Assembly: GCA_020137815.1 (NCBI GenBank) | Contig: CM035361.1 | Span: forward strand, 2,666,001-2,730,000 | DNA length: 64,000 nt | DNA from: Hormiphora californensis | Lineage: Eukaryota; Animalia; Ctenophora | Direction of reading: 5' to 3' | Shown: positions 12,986 to 26,223 of the stretch, one piece after another | Layout: each line of letters opens with the position of its first letter | How positions within the stretch are numbered: the stretch's first letter is position 1 | The notes under the pieces: model-generated | What the model saw: the letters and a program-made list of their open reading frames with translations, nothing else | Database searches by the model: none | What the model was told of the DNA's origin: nothing | Translations under genes and position numbers: made by a program

Positions 12986-13181
12986 CAGTCGGAACCCTAT
13001 TTACCGGACCCCTGGAACCCTACTTACCGGAACTCCGACCCCTTATTTACCGGAACCCCGACCCCTTATTTACCGAACCCCCGGACCCCTACTTACCGAA
13101 CCCTGTATCCCTATTTACCGGAACCCCTGGAGTCTGGACCCCTATTTACCGGACCCCCGGAACCCTATTGGCGTTTGACTG
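12986..13181. mobile_element. pogo/Tc1-like MITE derivative with internal TTTACCGGAACCCC repeats
   Basis: TA-CAGTCGGAACCC start, degenerate ...GACTG end, tandem subterminal motif. Confidence 0.65.
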
Positions 13182-13539
13182 CATGCAGTAGCAAGCTATA
13201 TAACTTCATTTACAGATTTGTGCACTTTTAGCACTTTTAAGTTGAATGGACGCCCTTAAAACATTCGTTTAATATTTCTCATCACATATAACAAGATAGT
13301 ATAAGAGTGTTTTGATATGCAGAGATATATCAAGATACATCACATATTTTATTGTTGAAACCCAATCACCCAACAAGATACACAAACTCATCGATATATC
13401 GCGTTGATATATTGCTTAAATGATATATATTTGCTGTCCACACCCAGTTTTGATTGTCAATATATAATGCGCTCAGATATATCAGATCGACGTCACCAGA
13501 CTGAGATATAGCTTGCTCATATGTACAATAATTTAAAGT

Positions 13540-13763
13540 TCACACATACTCAGTTTCGTACACGTGTTCTCGCACTTGCTGCTCTCGGTGGCACCCTCTG
13601 CAACCCTGATCCTTGTGTCCTACTAGAAGCCCGTGTCGAGGGCCGGGAGTTGGTTGTTGCTGCTGTTCGGGTGGGGGCCGGCGAGGTGCGGGATCGACCC
13701 GTTGTAGCTGGACGTGATCCACCATTGGGTCGCTGTGATGTTGTAGTGGTCCGAGCGATCGAG
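13540..13763 (-). CDS. Orphan putative terminal exon of an unknown gene
   Basis: GC-rich block after acceptor tatcatttcag; phase-1 reading RSLGPLQHHSDPMVDHVQ...HVYETEYV*; a second frame is also open; upstream exons not resolved. Confidence 0.45.
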
Positions 13764-14147
13764 CTGAAATGATATAATGGAGACGAATTGAGACACATGG
13801 CGCTTTATAATTTAAAAGGTAATGCAGAATAGTGTCTGACTATCATGGTGTGGAAGCCCCCTATTGAACGCGTTGGATTCGTCTTGAAAAATTAATTCAG
13901 AAAAGTTCCATCCAGTTATAAGTCTAATAGGGGATTTCCAGACAACAGTCAGACACTATTGCAGAAATATATGATTAATGAGGATAGTCGAGAAATTTCC
14001 AATTTATTTTTCTAGTTTACGAGTTACCAAAATGGGGGGGGGGTGTATGACCTTACATCTATTATAGTCAGAGACTCAGAGAGAGAGAGAGGTAGGGAAA
14101 TGGCATAATTGAGGCGATCGTAGTAGTTGAGCTTCTCCTCCCACAAA

Positions 14148-14183
<36 letters not shown>

Positions 14184-14187
14184 AGAG

Positions 14188-14218
<31 letters not shown>

Positions 14219-14275
14219 CGAGAGAGAGAGAGAGAGAGAGCACGGAGAGAGAGAGTAGAGAGAGAGAGAGCGAGC

Positions 14276-14321
<46 letters not shown>

Positions 14322-15199
14322 GAGAGAGAGAGAAAGAGAGATTGTATATAATACTACCTGAAGGGTCGGTTTTTTTTTGATCCTTTTTTGGGTTTGTTTT
14401 GTGGGGGGGAGGAGCTCCCCTTTTTGGGCCTCCAATTTTTGCCCCGGTTACCCTCCCCCCCTCTCACAAAGGAGGAAAAGAAGTTAGTTTTTCTGTTTTT
14501 TTAAGCTTAACCCCAATAAGAATTTTATCCAGGATCAAATAATGTAATTTTTCATTTTTAATTAATTTGTTTTTTTTTTCTTTCTTTTTGATTTTTGGAG
14601 TCTAATGTTTCCCATCCCACTATAATAAAATCCCTATAGTCAACGTTTTTAATATGTTCTAACCTCTTTTTTTTTTTGGGTTTTTAGAAAAAACGAGTGG
14701 AAAGGGGGTGTTAAGTGATGTAGTATACCCTACCATTTTAAATTCTCCGTCGAGATCGTGTTTCAGAACAAAATTTTTTTATAATAGGGCGGATGAAAAA
14801 AAAAAATAAACAAAACCAAAGGGTTTAGCAAAATAATTAAGGGGAGAAGAGAGGGGGAAAAAGGGGGGTGGTAATACTTTTAATTCCCCCGCAGAAAATT
14901 ACGCACAATTATGACGAAAAGGGGGGGGGGGGGGGGTTGATGGGGGGAGGGGGGGCGGGGGTTAATCATGATGCCAGATGGACAATACACATGTACACAT
15001 TTTCTGCTATTTAACCGTCGCCCCATTATATGTATGCATATACTGCTTTGCTTCAACAAGTTGCCACATTTTCCATTAATCATGGGGCCCATCCCTTCCT
15101 CTGTAACAGCTGTTATAATGCAGCTTTACTTTGAACTTCGTACACATGCCAATAATTGATATTTGGTCGAAGGCCGGTAATTTTTCACAATCGCAATTA

Positions 15200-15294
15200 C
15201 AGTCGGACCCCGATTTACCGGGATCCTCGGGGGAAATGGCTAGCCATTTACTGGGCACAGCCATGGCTGAGCCCGGTAAATCGGGACCCGACTG
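15200..15294. mobile_element. pogo/Tc1-mariner-type MITE (CAGTCGGACCCCGATTTACCGGG TIR family)
   Basis: TIRs and TA TSD; further short or degenerate copies at ~25565-25679, 47998-48133, 48550-48622, 49829-49874 and from 61331. Confidence 0.85.
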
Positions 15295-15360
15295 TAAATA
15301 TGTAGTTACTTTACTTTTTAATGTCTCTTGAATCTTCTAAATCTCATAGAATGAGCTAGT

Positions 15361-16616
15361 TATATAGTACATAACTCCCTCCCGCGCGGGCATCTATTCA
15401 ATAGACGCACTGCAGAGCAGTGCGTCTATTGAGCTGTAATGCACGGGTCCCGAAGGGACCCGTGCGTTACAGCCCTGTAAATCCCGAGCGTCAGCGAGGG
15501 GTTTACAGGTATATCTGCACGTAAGGGAGGGAGTTGTGTTCTATAGACCCCGCTGGCGGGCACCTAGAAGCAAAACAAGCACAAATTAGGTGGTTGACAC
15601 ACAGAGAGCTCACACAAAACGGGTCAAACAGTTAGAAATGAAGCTACAGAGTGCCTCTCTACATTCCTACACACTCGTAACAATCGTTGTAACAGTTTCA
15701 AAGCGTGGAATGCAGAGAGAGATTACAGTTAATTGTGGGTCATGAGCAACAGTTGCAACAGACTGGCGGGCGCCAAATCTAGGCAGAGAGTGTTGTAGGT
15801 TGTACACACACTCCCTCTTGAGTTACCAAGTCATTTTATCGTGTTTCCAGTGATTCTTTGTGATCTTTACACAAATCTGTCAGAGGGCGTGCGTCTATCG
15901 AGACACAAACTCACGGCAGTGCACGGCCCAATAGACCAGTGCAAATTGTTTGAGCGCGCCGTGCGTCTATTTGAGCCGGCGGGGTCTATATAGTACATAA
16001 CTCCCTCCCGCGCGGGCATCTAATCAATAGACGCACTGCAGAGCAGTGCGTCTATTGAGCTGTAATGCACGGGTCCCGAAGGGACCGTGCATTACAGCCC
16101 TGTAAATCCCGAGCGTCAGCGAGGGGTTTACAGGTATATCTGCACGCAAGGGAGGGAGTTATGTTCTATAGACCCCGCTGGCGGGCACCTAGAAGCAAAA
16201 CAAGCACAAATTAGGTGGTTGACACACAGAGAGCTCACACAAAACGGGTCAAACAGTTGGAAATGAAGCTACAGAGTGCCTCTCTACATTCCTACACACT
16301 CGTAACAATCGTCATAACAGTTTCAAAGGGTGGAATGCAGAGAGAGATTACAGTTAATTGTGGGTCATGAGCAACAGTTGCAACAGACTGGCGGGCGCCA
16401 AATCTAGACAGAGAGCGTTGTAGGTTGTACACACACTCCCTCTTGTGTTACCAAGTCATTTTATCGTGTTTCCAGTGATTCTTTGTGATCTTTACACAAA
16501 TCTGTCAGAGGGCGTGCGTCTATCAAGACACAAACTCACGGCAGTGCACGGCCCAATAGACCAGTGCAAATTGTTTGAGCGCGCCGTGCGTCTATTTGAG
16601 CCAGCGGGGTCTATAT
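15361..16616 (+). mobile_element. Head-to-tail dimer of a ~626-bp non-coding element with A-A'-B-B' inverted-repeat layout (family 1)
   Basis: Two near-identical units joined at TATATA (15987-15992); internal hairpins such as GCACGGGTCC-CGAAG-GGACCCGTGC; flanked only by TATA. Confidence 0.85.
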
Positions 16617-16790
16617 ATATATAATAGGTATGGTATGTTGTATATAATATAATTTACTCCTAGTTTTGTAGCTCTGTGCTACGAGTGAAAAGTCACAAAG
16701 AGATTGGGGGTAAAGTGAAACACTTTGTGCGAAACACTTTGTGCGAGGTAAAATCGGAGCGGAATCTACAATTTCGCTCTTGATTATATT

Positions 16791-17045
16791 CTTTTGGTAC
16801 GTCAGGGTTCCCACGGGAAGGTCTAACTTGATATTCATACCCCCACCCTAACCAAAAACTTGAACCACACCTTTCAAGCTTTGAATTCTCGAGATGATTC
16901 TAGAAGCATTTCTATATAATATAGAAATGCTTCTAGAATCATCTCGAGAATTCAAAGCTTGAAAGGTGTGGTTCAAGGTTTTGGTTAGGGTGGGGTTATG
17001 AATATCAAGTTAGACCTTCCCGTGGGAACCCTGACGTACCAAAAG
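16791..17045. repeat. ~255-bp near-perfect palindrome (foldback MITE)
   Basis: CTTTTGGTACGTCAGGGTTCCC...GGGAACCCTGACGTACCAAAAG, centre ~16918. Confidence 0.9.
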
Positions 17046-17360
17046 ACAGGTTGTGGACAGGTTGAGGACAGGTTGAGGACACATTGAGGACACATTGAGG
17101 ACACATTGAGGACACATTGAGGAACGGTTGCACATCAATCGTGGACACATTGAGGACACATTGAGGACAGGTTGAGGACACATTGTGGACACATTGAGGA
17201 CAGCCTGAGGACACATTGACCTGTCCTCAACCTGTCCACAACCTGTCCACAATGTGTCCTCAACCTGTCCTCAACCTGTCCACAACCTGTCCTCAATGTG
17301 TCCACAATGTGCCCGTAATGTGTCCTCAAACGTTCCGTAGGCAGTATGTCATACTACCCC
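17045..17360. repeat. 11-bp minisatellite (GAGGACACATT/GAGGACAGGTT) that switches orientation at ~17217
   Basis: Direct reading; ends in GTATGTCATACTACCC, similar to the insertion at 51817-51937. Confidence 0.8.
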
Positions 17361-17788
17361 GATTTTACTCCGATATAGTATATTGTTTGAATTTTTAAAT
17401 TTACATATTAAGCGCATCAGTTCAAACTACAGGTGACATTTAAAGAAATACACGGTAATTCAGTACTGAATTCAAAACATATCTGAAACGAAAACGGCTA
17501 AAATCTATGTTGATAAAGGAGCAAAGTTAATTTGGAAGAGCAAAGTTTTTTCAAAGATAACGAGCTGATGATATCAATTAATTTTATTTGAAACGATTGT
17601 TTTGAAAAACATGCTTTTCTCTTTGTGAACTGAAGTTCATGTATCAACTGCTTTAAGTAGTTTTCATTCCTGATTGGCTCCGGGAGTGCGGGAGTGATCG
17701 CAATGTAAAGTATAGTCCGTAATCTGCTATCTTGGTAAAGCCCATCATTAGCAAATATTAAAATGAACACGATATCCTTATTATAATA

Positions 17789-19017
17789 CAGTCGGACCCC
17801 GATTTACCGGGCACCGATTTGCCGGAACCCCGATTTACCGGGAGGATTTCTTTCCCCCGATTTTTTTTGGAAAATTTTCCAAGTTTGGCCGGTTGCTAAA
17901 CTTGCATTTGCAATTCGCTAGGTCTAATGGGGATCACGTATCGGTTCGTTTCGAACTGTCTAATTAGTGGCAGGACACGTGATAAGAGGGGGGAGACACA
18001 CTGAGGTTGGTCGCGCGCGTTCAACTCTCAACCTCGCGATACACACTGAAGTTCGAAGTTCGAAGTTTCGCGGAAAAGTTCAAAGTTTCGCGAAAACCCA
18101 TTTTCGGCTGAGAAATTATTTGTAAGATGCTAGTTTATTTACTGGTACATCTCTCGAGGTGTCCTTTATCAATACCGGGTCAATTTAACCGTTTTTAAAA
18201 AAATTGGTGAATTGGGACAACTGTGACCGGATTAGCCAAAAATTTAAAAAACGGTGAAATTGACTCAGTATGGATAAAGGACACCTCGAGAGATGTACCA
18301 GTAATTAATAAGTTAGCCTCTTACAAATGATTTCTCAGCCGAAAATGGGGTTTCGCGAAACTTCGAACTTCGAACTTCAGTGTGTGTCGCGAGGTTGAGA
18401 TTTGAACGAGCGCGCCCAACTTCAGTGTGTCTCCCGCCAGATGCACCGATTCGAAACACGATTCGAACGTGGCTGGTATACCTTAGAAAAATTTCATTTT
18501 TTTTGCAAAATTTTACAGAATCATTGTCAATGCTTTGATCGATGCTCCCCGTAAATTTTCAGAGAAAAAGTTATTTTGAAATTTTGATACTTCCTCACCC
18601 CGCTTAGGGTGCCCAGATTCGACATGGTATCACGTATCGGTCCGTTTCGAACCGTCTAATTAGCGGCAGGGCACGTGATAAGATGCACCGATTCGAAACA
18701 CGATTCGAACGTGGCTGGTCATGGTATACCTTAAGTTAACTAAAAAATTGTAAAAATTTTTACAAAAGTTAACTAAAAAATTGTAAAAATTTTTACAATT
18801 TTTTTTGAATTTTTTAAATTTTCTATTTCTAATGACAGAAGCAATGATCATATTGTCATCAATAAATGTATACTACAGTTAGAGGTGTCTTGGTATAGAA
18901 TTTTGGACAAAAGTAGGATTTATGGGTCAAATATGCTCTACCCCGATATACCGGGCACCCCGATTTACCGGGCAAAATGGCTTCCCCCGAGGATCCCGGT
19001 AAATCGGGGTCCGACTG
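17789..19017. mobile_element. 1.2-kb non-autonomous pogo/Tc1-mariner-type element with a nested internal palindrome (~17990-18435)
   Basis: TA-CAGTCGGACCCCGATTTACCGGG...CCCGGTAAATCGGGGTCCGACTG-TA; interior similar to 52053-52886. Confidence 0.88.
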
Positions 19018-20457
19018 TATCTGATGAATTCAGAACATTCAGAACAATTCAGTCATTCAGAATTTTCAGAATAACATCTGTTGCATATTTGCAGTTTGGT
19101 CGTTGCAACTTGCATCATCGTTATTTCACAATCTTATTTTACATCTTTCGGATGACAATCACATATTGTAATGATTATCATTATGTTTTGTGGCTTAGAC
19201 AATGGCTAGGGTGTAGTATTCGACTTTTCGAAACAATAGAAATGATCTACATACAGCTGTGTATAGTAATATAAATATGCAAAAGATATTCCATGATATA
19301 TAAAGTACTCCCCAAACTACTATGTCCCTCACTCGGGTTTTGTGAAATTTCCCACGGTCATAATTCCACTCCCTGATGAGATAAAGACTTGAAATTTGTT
19401 TTGTAGGAAGAACTCGACATGATCTCCTCACAAAACAAATTTCAAGTCTCTATCTCATCAGGGGGTGGAGCTATGGCCGTCTAAAATCTGTCAATCTCGC
19501 TACTTCATAAGCTATAAGAACCCAACGTTCTCAATATAGTAACAACGGCTGATACAAAGCACAAGTAAGTAGTCAACCAATTTCAAATTTCCTGGGATCT
19601 TGCTTCATCATCACTAGGTACCTATACTACCATGATGGATTCCGCTAAAAATGTACATGTTTTTTTTGATGCCCAAATCAAACGCCTAGACATTACCGAG
19701 AGGGTCTACACAGAGAGGGTTTGCCATGGTGACAGATCTCATCTAGCAACCTCGATGACAACCCCAAGTACCTGATGTTCAGAGGGAGGGAGGGGTTGCC
19801 ATAGTAATAAATATCATGTCACCATGGCAACCATCTGCAAGTACCTGATGTTCAGAGGGAGGGAGGGGTCCAACTATTTTATAAAGTGCTGGCCGGTACA
19901 GTGGGATCACCGCCACCAGTATACTCATCACTGCAAAGAAGGAGTATAATTAGTAAACCATGCTTTTGTCATATTTGTATAACTACTTAATTTGGCAGCA
20001 ATTAGGGTTATTAATTAAAGAACAATCAATAATTTTAGTTGGAAAGCTAAAAGGCCAGCCACGTGGGGGATTTAATCGTGTATATAATCACCTTTGGTAA
20101 AGTTCTTTCTCCCTTTCAGTAGGAGCACAGCGCTAGTTTCACATCTCCAGGCGGAATGAAGCCCTCAGCGAACATGAGTTCAACCTGAAACAGCATTAGT
20201 AGTTTGTAATGCCATTATATAAATAATTAGTAGTTTGTAGTGCCATTAGTAATTAGTAATGCTATTATATAAATACTGTAATGCCATTAGTAATGGAGAA
20301 TAAAGATCGGTTGATTGTTTATTAGCCGCATATCAGTGAGGAAGTTTAGTGATATGCTGTGTATCGAAATTAATAGCGTTCTTCTACAATAAAACCCCGT
20401 CTACTCATTTTGTCCAGCCGGAAGGAGAAAACTAAACTTCCTCGCCAACCCCATTAC

Positions 20458-20698
20458 ACGGGGGATTACGGGGGCTCGAATAGATTGCCCGTATAGATCG
20501 CCCGTACCAGTCGCCCGTACATTTGCTTTGCGCATTACGTTTCATCGCACTTTCTCCACAAATAAGGTACATGCGCGTTACGCGCATGTGTTTTGTTGTG
20601 ATGAAAGTGTGGTGAAACGTAATGCGCAAAGCAAATGTACGGGCGACTGGTACGGGCGACTGGTACGGGCGTCTCATCCGGGCCCCCGTAATCCGCTG
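20458..20698. mobile_element. Palindromic MITE-like element
   Basis: GGATTACGGGG...CCCCGTAATCC termini; arms CGCCCGTACATTTGCTTTGCGCATTACGTTTCA and its reverse complement. Confidence 0.7.
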
Positions 20699-21115
20699 CC
20701 TTAGTAATGTAATGCAAATAGTAATGTAAATGTTACATAATTGGTAACGTAATGCCATTATAGGGGTGATTCAAAAAGGACGTCCAGGGGTAGGCTGCCG
20801 TTTCCGAGTAGAATGTAGTAAGTCCAAAAATATCATTTCGAGATAATGGCGTTTAAAGTTTCTTGATATATGATGGTGTAAAATGTAGTAAGTCCCTGAA
20901 TGACACACAGACGCGTAAAATGTAGCAAGTCCAACCTTGATTTGGGACTTACTACATTCTACTCCGAAATAAAATTTGAACGGACTTACTACATTTTGTG
21001 TGTCTGTGTGTTTAAAAGAATGTTACACACGCACAGACAACACGTTTATGGTATCCCGAGTGTCCGACCTTGTAGGAAATTATATTTTTCAGATGAACTG
21101 ATGAAACTCAAAGTT

Positions 21116-21224
<109 letters not shown>

Positions 21225-21235
21225 TATTTACTAAG

Positions 21236-21334
<99 letters not shown>

Positions 21335-21424
21335 TATTTACTAAGTGGAGTGATATCCGTCATCACAATTCCCGGTTCACCGACTCGTAATTTTGGCTCC
21401 TAGTGTAATTAATAATTATACGCG

Positions 21425-23070
21425 GTATCGGTAAAAAGGACGTTTACCCGTATCGTGGCACTATAACACGAATCAGCGTTGCTAATCATCTCGAATCATC
21501 ACCCCGAATCGAGGTCCTCTCTCGATTAGCAGTCTCGTATTCTCGCTACCTAATTGTATCACATAGCGAGAATAATGATACGAAAGAACGTCCTTTTTAC
21601 CACTTGGGAACTGTTGAATGTTTTATCATGTGTGATGGGAATTAGTGAATCGAGATATTAACGACGTAACCGAAGTGAATCATACTGATAAAGGTATGGG
21701 GATAGCGACTCGATTAGTCGTTGGCTCCAATGCAACCTATTCTCGCTCCGCGAAGAATAGGCTCCCGGCCCGTGGACAGCAAGAACTCACGTGCGCGCGA
21801 TGTAAAGCACGTTTTTCAGCAAATCCCGCGCGACAGACTGTTTTGGGAGACCTTTTTAGCTGACCTAGCACTACTCAAACGTCAATTACCGCCTCATTTC
21901 GCATCGTGATGAATCGGCGGGTATTTTCCCATGCTCACAGGGCCATGACGATTCTCCCAGTACCCGCAGATTGTCCCAGGACCGAGTAGGAGCTTGCAGC
22001 CAGGTCTTTAAAGAATTGCCCATGTTTAGAGTCAATTTTGACCCACTACTTCTCAAATGCTGATACTCGCGGGTATTTTCCGTAAAACTAGAGACAATTA
22101 CCTGCCAGGAGCAACAAACGAGATGTAAATCGGTTCAGTAGTTCCTTGCAGCCAGGTCTTTGAAAAAGTTTGCTCTAAAATCAATAACGGGCCGGAGGCC
22201 TAGATGTGAGATCGATCTCGGTCGCTGCGCGACCTCGATCTCACTCAGGCATCAATGTGGCCAAGATTAGTCGTGTATCATCGCCGCTAAGCAACAGCCC
22301 CGATTCGCAATCTTGTCTCCTTACGCATTGAAGAAGAAATAGCTGTATCGGTAAAAAGGACGTTTACCCGTATTGTGGCACTACACGAATCAGTGTTGTT
22401 AATCATCTCGAATCATAACCCCGAACCAAGGTCCTCTCTCGATTAGCAGTCTCGCTAGCTTGCATTATATACCTTACGCATCGAAAGAGAAATAGCTGTA
22501 TCGGTAAAAAGGACGTTTACCCGTATTGTGGCACTACACGAATCAGCGTTGCTAATCATCTCGAATCATCACCCCGAACCAAGGTCCTCTCTCGATTAGC
22601 AGTCTCGCTAGCTTGCATTAGATACCTTACGCATCGAAGGAGAAATAGCTGTATCGGTAAAAAGGACGTTTACTCGTATCGTGGCACTACACGAATCAGT
22701 GTTGCTAATCATCTCGAATCATCACCCCGAACCGAGGTCCTCTCTCGATTAGCAGTCTCGTATTCTCGCTATCTTGTATCACATAGCGAGAAAAATGATA
22801 CGAAAGGATGTCCTTTTTACCTATCAACCCATAAAAGTGCAAATGTTGTCAGTTTTAACACATGATAACACATTCAACAGTCCCCTAGTGGTAAAAAGGA
22901 CGTTCTTTCGTATCATTTTTCTCGGTATTCAATATTACAAGGTAGCGAGAATACGTGACTGCTAATCGAGAGAGGATCCCGGTTCGGGGTGATGATTCGA
23001 GAATCGAGATGATTAGCAACGCTGATTCGTGTAGTGCCACGATACGAGTAAACGTCCTTTTTCCCGTACG
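21425..23070. mobile_element. Composite foldback element with ~200-bp inverted arms and internal 153-bp tandem repeats
   Basis: Left arm ~21425-21632 is inverted at ~22858-23070; the arm module recurs at 22350, 22503 and 22656; module bounded by GGTAAAAAGGACGTT/AACGTCCTTTTTACC. Confidence 0.75.
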
Positions 23071-23076
23071 CTAATT

Positions 23077-23176
23077 NNNNNNNNNNNNNNNNNNNNNNNN
23101 NNNNNNNNNNNNNNNNNNNNNNNNNNNNNNNNNNNNNNNNNNNNNNNNNNNNNNNNNNNNNNNNNNNNNNNNNNNN
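23077..23176. other. Assembly gap (100 N)
   Basis: Run of N. Confidence 1.
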
Positions 23177-26100
23177 CCAAAAAAAGCTGCTTTCCGGGGA
23201 TAACCAGAAAAAATGAAGATGCTTGGGAAATGAACAAGCTTAATATTCGGAGAAATCCTTTTTCTCCAAAAATTACCAACAAAATTCCCCTCCAAGTATG
23301 ACTTTAAAACTGCAATAAAATCACAGACTCTAAAGTATTTTCAACTTTAAAACCGTGCCTGGAAACCAAAGAATCTTCAAACGGTGCAAAAAACGATTGG
23401 GCCAAGAACGGTTTTTTGCAAAGTAAAGGGAGATTTTGGACACGTAAAATCTGCGGGTCTCAAGCCCCTTTTCTATTTTTCTATTCTTCCCAAGATGGTG
23501 GGAGGGCTATTGGGTTACCCATGGCCCCTTTTAAAAACTCTATTTTTCCGCGGGCTATTTAAAAAGGGCAGAAACGTTTTAAAGAATTTTTGAACAGTGA
23601 GGTGTAAAACGTGAAAATTTTTGAAAAGGCTGCCCTGCAGGATAAAAAGGCCCCGATACAAATTTTTATTTCTTTCTCTCTCTCCCCCTCTCTCCTCTTT
23701 TTTTCCCCCCAAAACCCCCTTTTATCCCCCCCCCCCATTTTTTTTGTGCCTCCCTTTTTCATCCCCCCCCCTCTATCGGTTTAAAAACTTTTCCCCATTG
23801 ATGCTGTTTAACAAATTTTCCCTTGAGCACTAAAAAAAAGCCCCGTTTTTTTTTAAAAAAATAAAGATGGGGTTTTTGCCCTTTTTCGAAACTAAACCGA
23901 TTTATCCATTGAGCAATTTTTAATGATGGGATCCTCAGGCATGTTCAAACAATATATAACCATTAAAGGCTCCAAAACAAGGGTTTTAAATGGGAGGGTT
24001 TTTTTTTATAGGGAAAATTTTGGTACCGGGAAAGGGGTTTTTGGTTTTCCATGGGGAAGGCTTGGTACCAGGAGGGGGGTTTTTGGTTCCATGGGAGGGC
24101 TTTGGACCATAACTTTTACCCAGGAAAGGGTTTTGGTTCAGGGGAAGGGTTTTTTTTTTCCTTGGGAGGGGGGTTTTTGGTATCCATGGAGAGGCTTTTT
24201 GGTTCCAGGGGAGAGGGTTTGACCCAGGGGGGGGGTTTTGGTACCCCCTGGAGAGGGCTTTGGTATCCATGGAGAGGGCTTTGGTATCCATGGAGAGGGC
24301 TTTGGTATCCATGGAGAGGGCTTTGGTATCCATGGAGAGGGCTTTGGTATCCATGGAGAGGGCTTTGGTATCCATGGAGAGGGCTTTGGTATCCATGGAG
24401 AGGGTTTTGGACCATGGAAGGGCTTTTTTTTTTTGGGGGGGGTTTTTTTTTTCCCCAAACTTTTGGAAATCCAGAAGGGTTTTTTGGTATCCCATGGAGG
24501 GCTTTGGATCCAGAGAGGGTTGGGATCCATTAAAGGGGGTTTTTTTGGGAAAGGAAGGGTTTGGTATCCTTAGAGGGGTTTTGGTACCATGGAGGGGGCC
24601 CCTTTTTTGGGACCCATGGGAGGGCTTTGGTATCCACGGAGAGGGAGTTGTTGGTATCTCAATTTAGAGCTAGAAAGGGGGTGGGGCACGTTGTATACAC
24701 CATAAGTTGAGTCAGTCATCACGCCTTGTAGGGGGCCCCTGACCCAGAGAATTCTCCACACAATACAACCCCACACACACCCCTTTCTTTCTTTTTTTTA
24801 TCCCCTCCACTTTACTGAAAAGCTTTCTTCGTTCCCCTCCCCTTTCGTCTTTATCCCCCTTTCTCTCTCTCCTTCTCTCTCTCTCTCTTCCCTCCGCCCT
24901 TTCTCTCACTTTCCTCTACCGAAAAACCCCTTCTACTATTTTTTTCGATCCCCTCTTTCCCCTTCTTCCTTTCTTTACATCTCATATTCTCCAACTAATT
25001 TTAAAACCACCGTCTAAAAATTTTTTAGTCAGCTTTTATATATTGAATATATGCGATGATGCCTCATGCTGATCCCTAATAAAATTTCCCTTTCGGCAAA
25101 TTTGGGAAATTTGGACCCTATAATTTTAGTGAAAAATTCAAAAAAAATGACAAAATTACCCACCACGCAAAATAATTGGTAGGCCACGGGAAAAAATTTG
25201 TCAGAGCATTGGTCTTTCCCTATATTCTCATTTCTTTCAAAATAAGGTCTGACTTTGCGAGAACGGTGGCAGAGTTTTGGCCTGACGGGGAAAACGGAGT
25301 GCCATGAGTGAAAGACTAGCCAGTTTAGCCTGTCTGAATGGTCTGTTTTTTTTCTTCTTGATTTCTGCCAAGGTTTCTCAGTATATTATTTTGAATGTTT
25401 CCTGCTGTTATTAGCCTGTAAACGGACAAAGTTCATCAGTCGTTCAGCCGGTTGCAACCGTCATATTTTACCAAAATACCCCCCTTCCGTTTAATTTGAT
25501 TGTCTGATTATTTGGTGTTATTGGTGTACACTCCTTTGTGACAACCTATATTATTTACCTAATACAGTCGGACCCTAGGATTTAACGGCAGGATAATCTT
25601 AAAAAATATAATATAAACATTTGATCCCTTTTTTAAGTTAAATTTTTAACAAAAAAAAAATTCCTTGGGGGCCCGACTGTTACCTATACTGGAAAAATAT
25701 TGCACAAAAAAGTACCTTTTTTTCTTAAATTTCCTTTTGGGGTTTTTTTTTTAAAATTATTCCCCCCTAATCCGAAGGGGGGGTTTTTAACAAACCCCCG
25801 GGCCCCCTTTTGTGCGGCGGTTTGAGGGAAAAATTTCAATTCTTGATTTGTTTCTCGTCCAAAATCCATAAATCGGGGTCTGACTGCATACCTTTTATTT
25901 ATTATTTAATTGTTTTGTCTGGGGCCGGGAAAAAGGGTCGAGCAAGAGTCAAGACAAACCTTTTTTTAGTATGAAATTTTGATTATTTTTTTGACTATCC
26001 CACTCCCTTATGCAGAGTTCCCCTTTTTAAAAAATTATAAGATCTCTTTTCCAACTATGCGCGCATTTTTGGTCAGCCTTTTTTAAACACTACCGAATTT

Positions 26101-26191
26101 TCCATTTGTCGTTTTTTTTTTTTTTTTTTTTTTGCCCCGTACCCCCCCCCCCCCCCCTCTTTTTAAAAGGGGGGGGGGGGGGGGGGGGGAA

Positions 26192-26223
<32 letters not shown>

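Noticed and set aside
20092-20184. Possible selenoprotein CxxU motif (CSY-TGA) in a minus-strand exon
   Set aside because: The next candidate exon begins TGA TGA in that frame, there is no thioredoxin-fold context, and I identified no SECIS.
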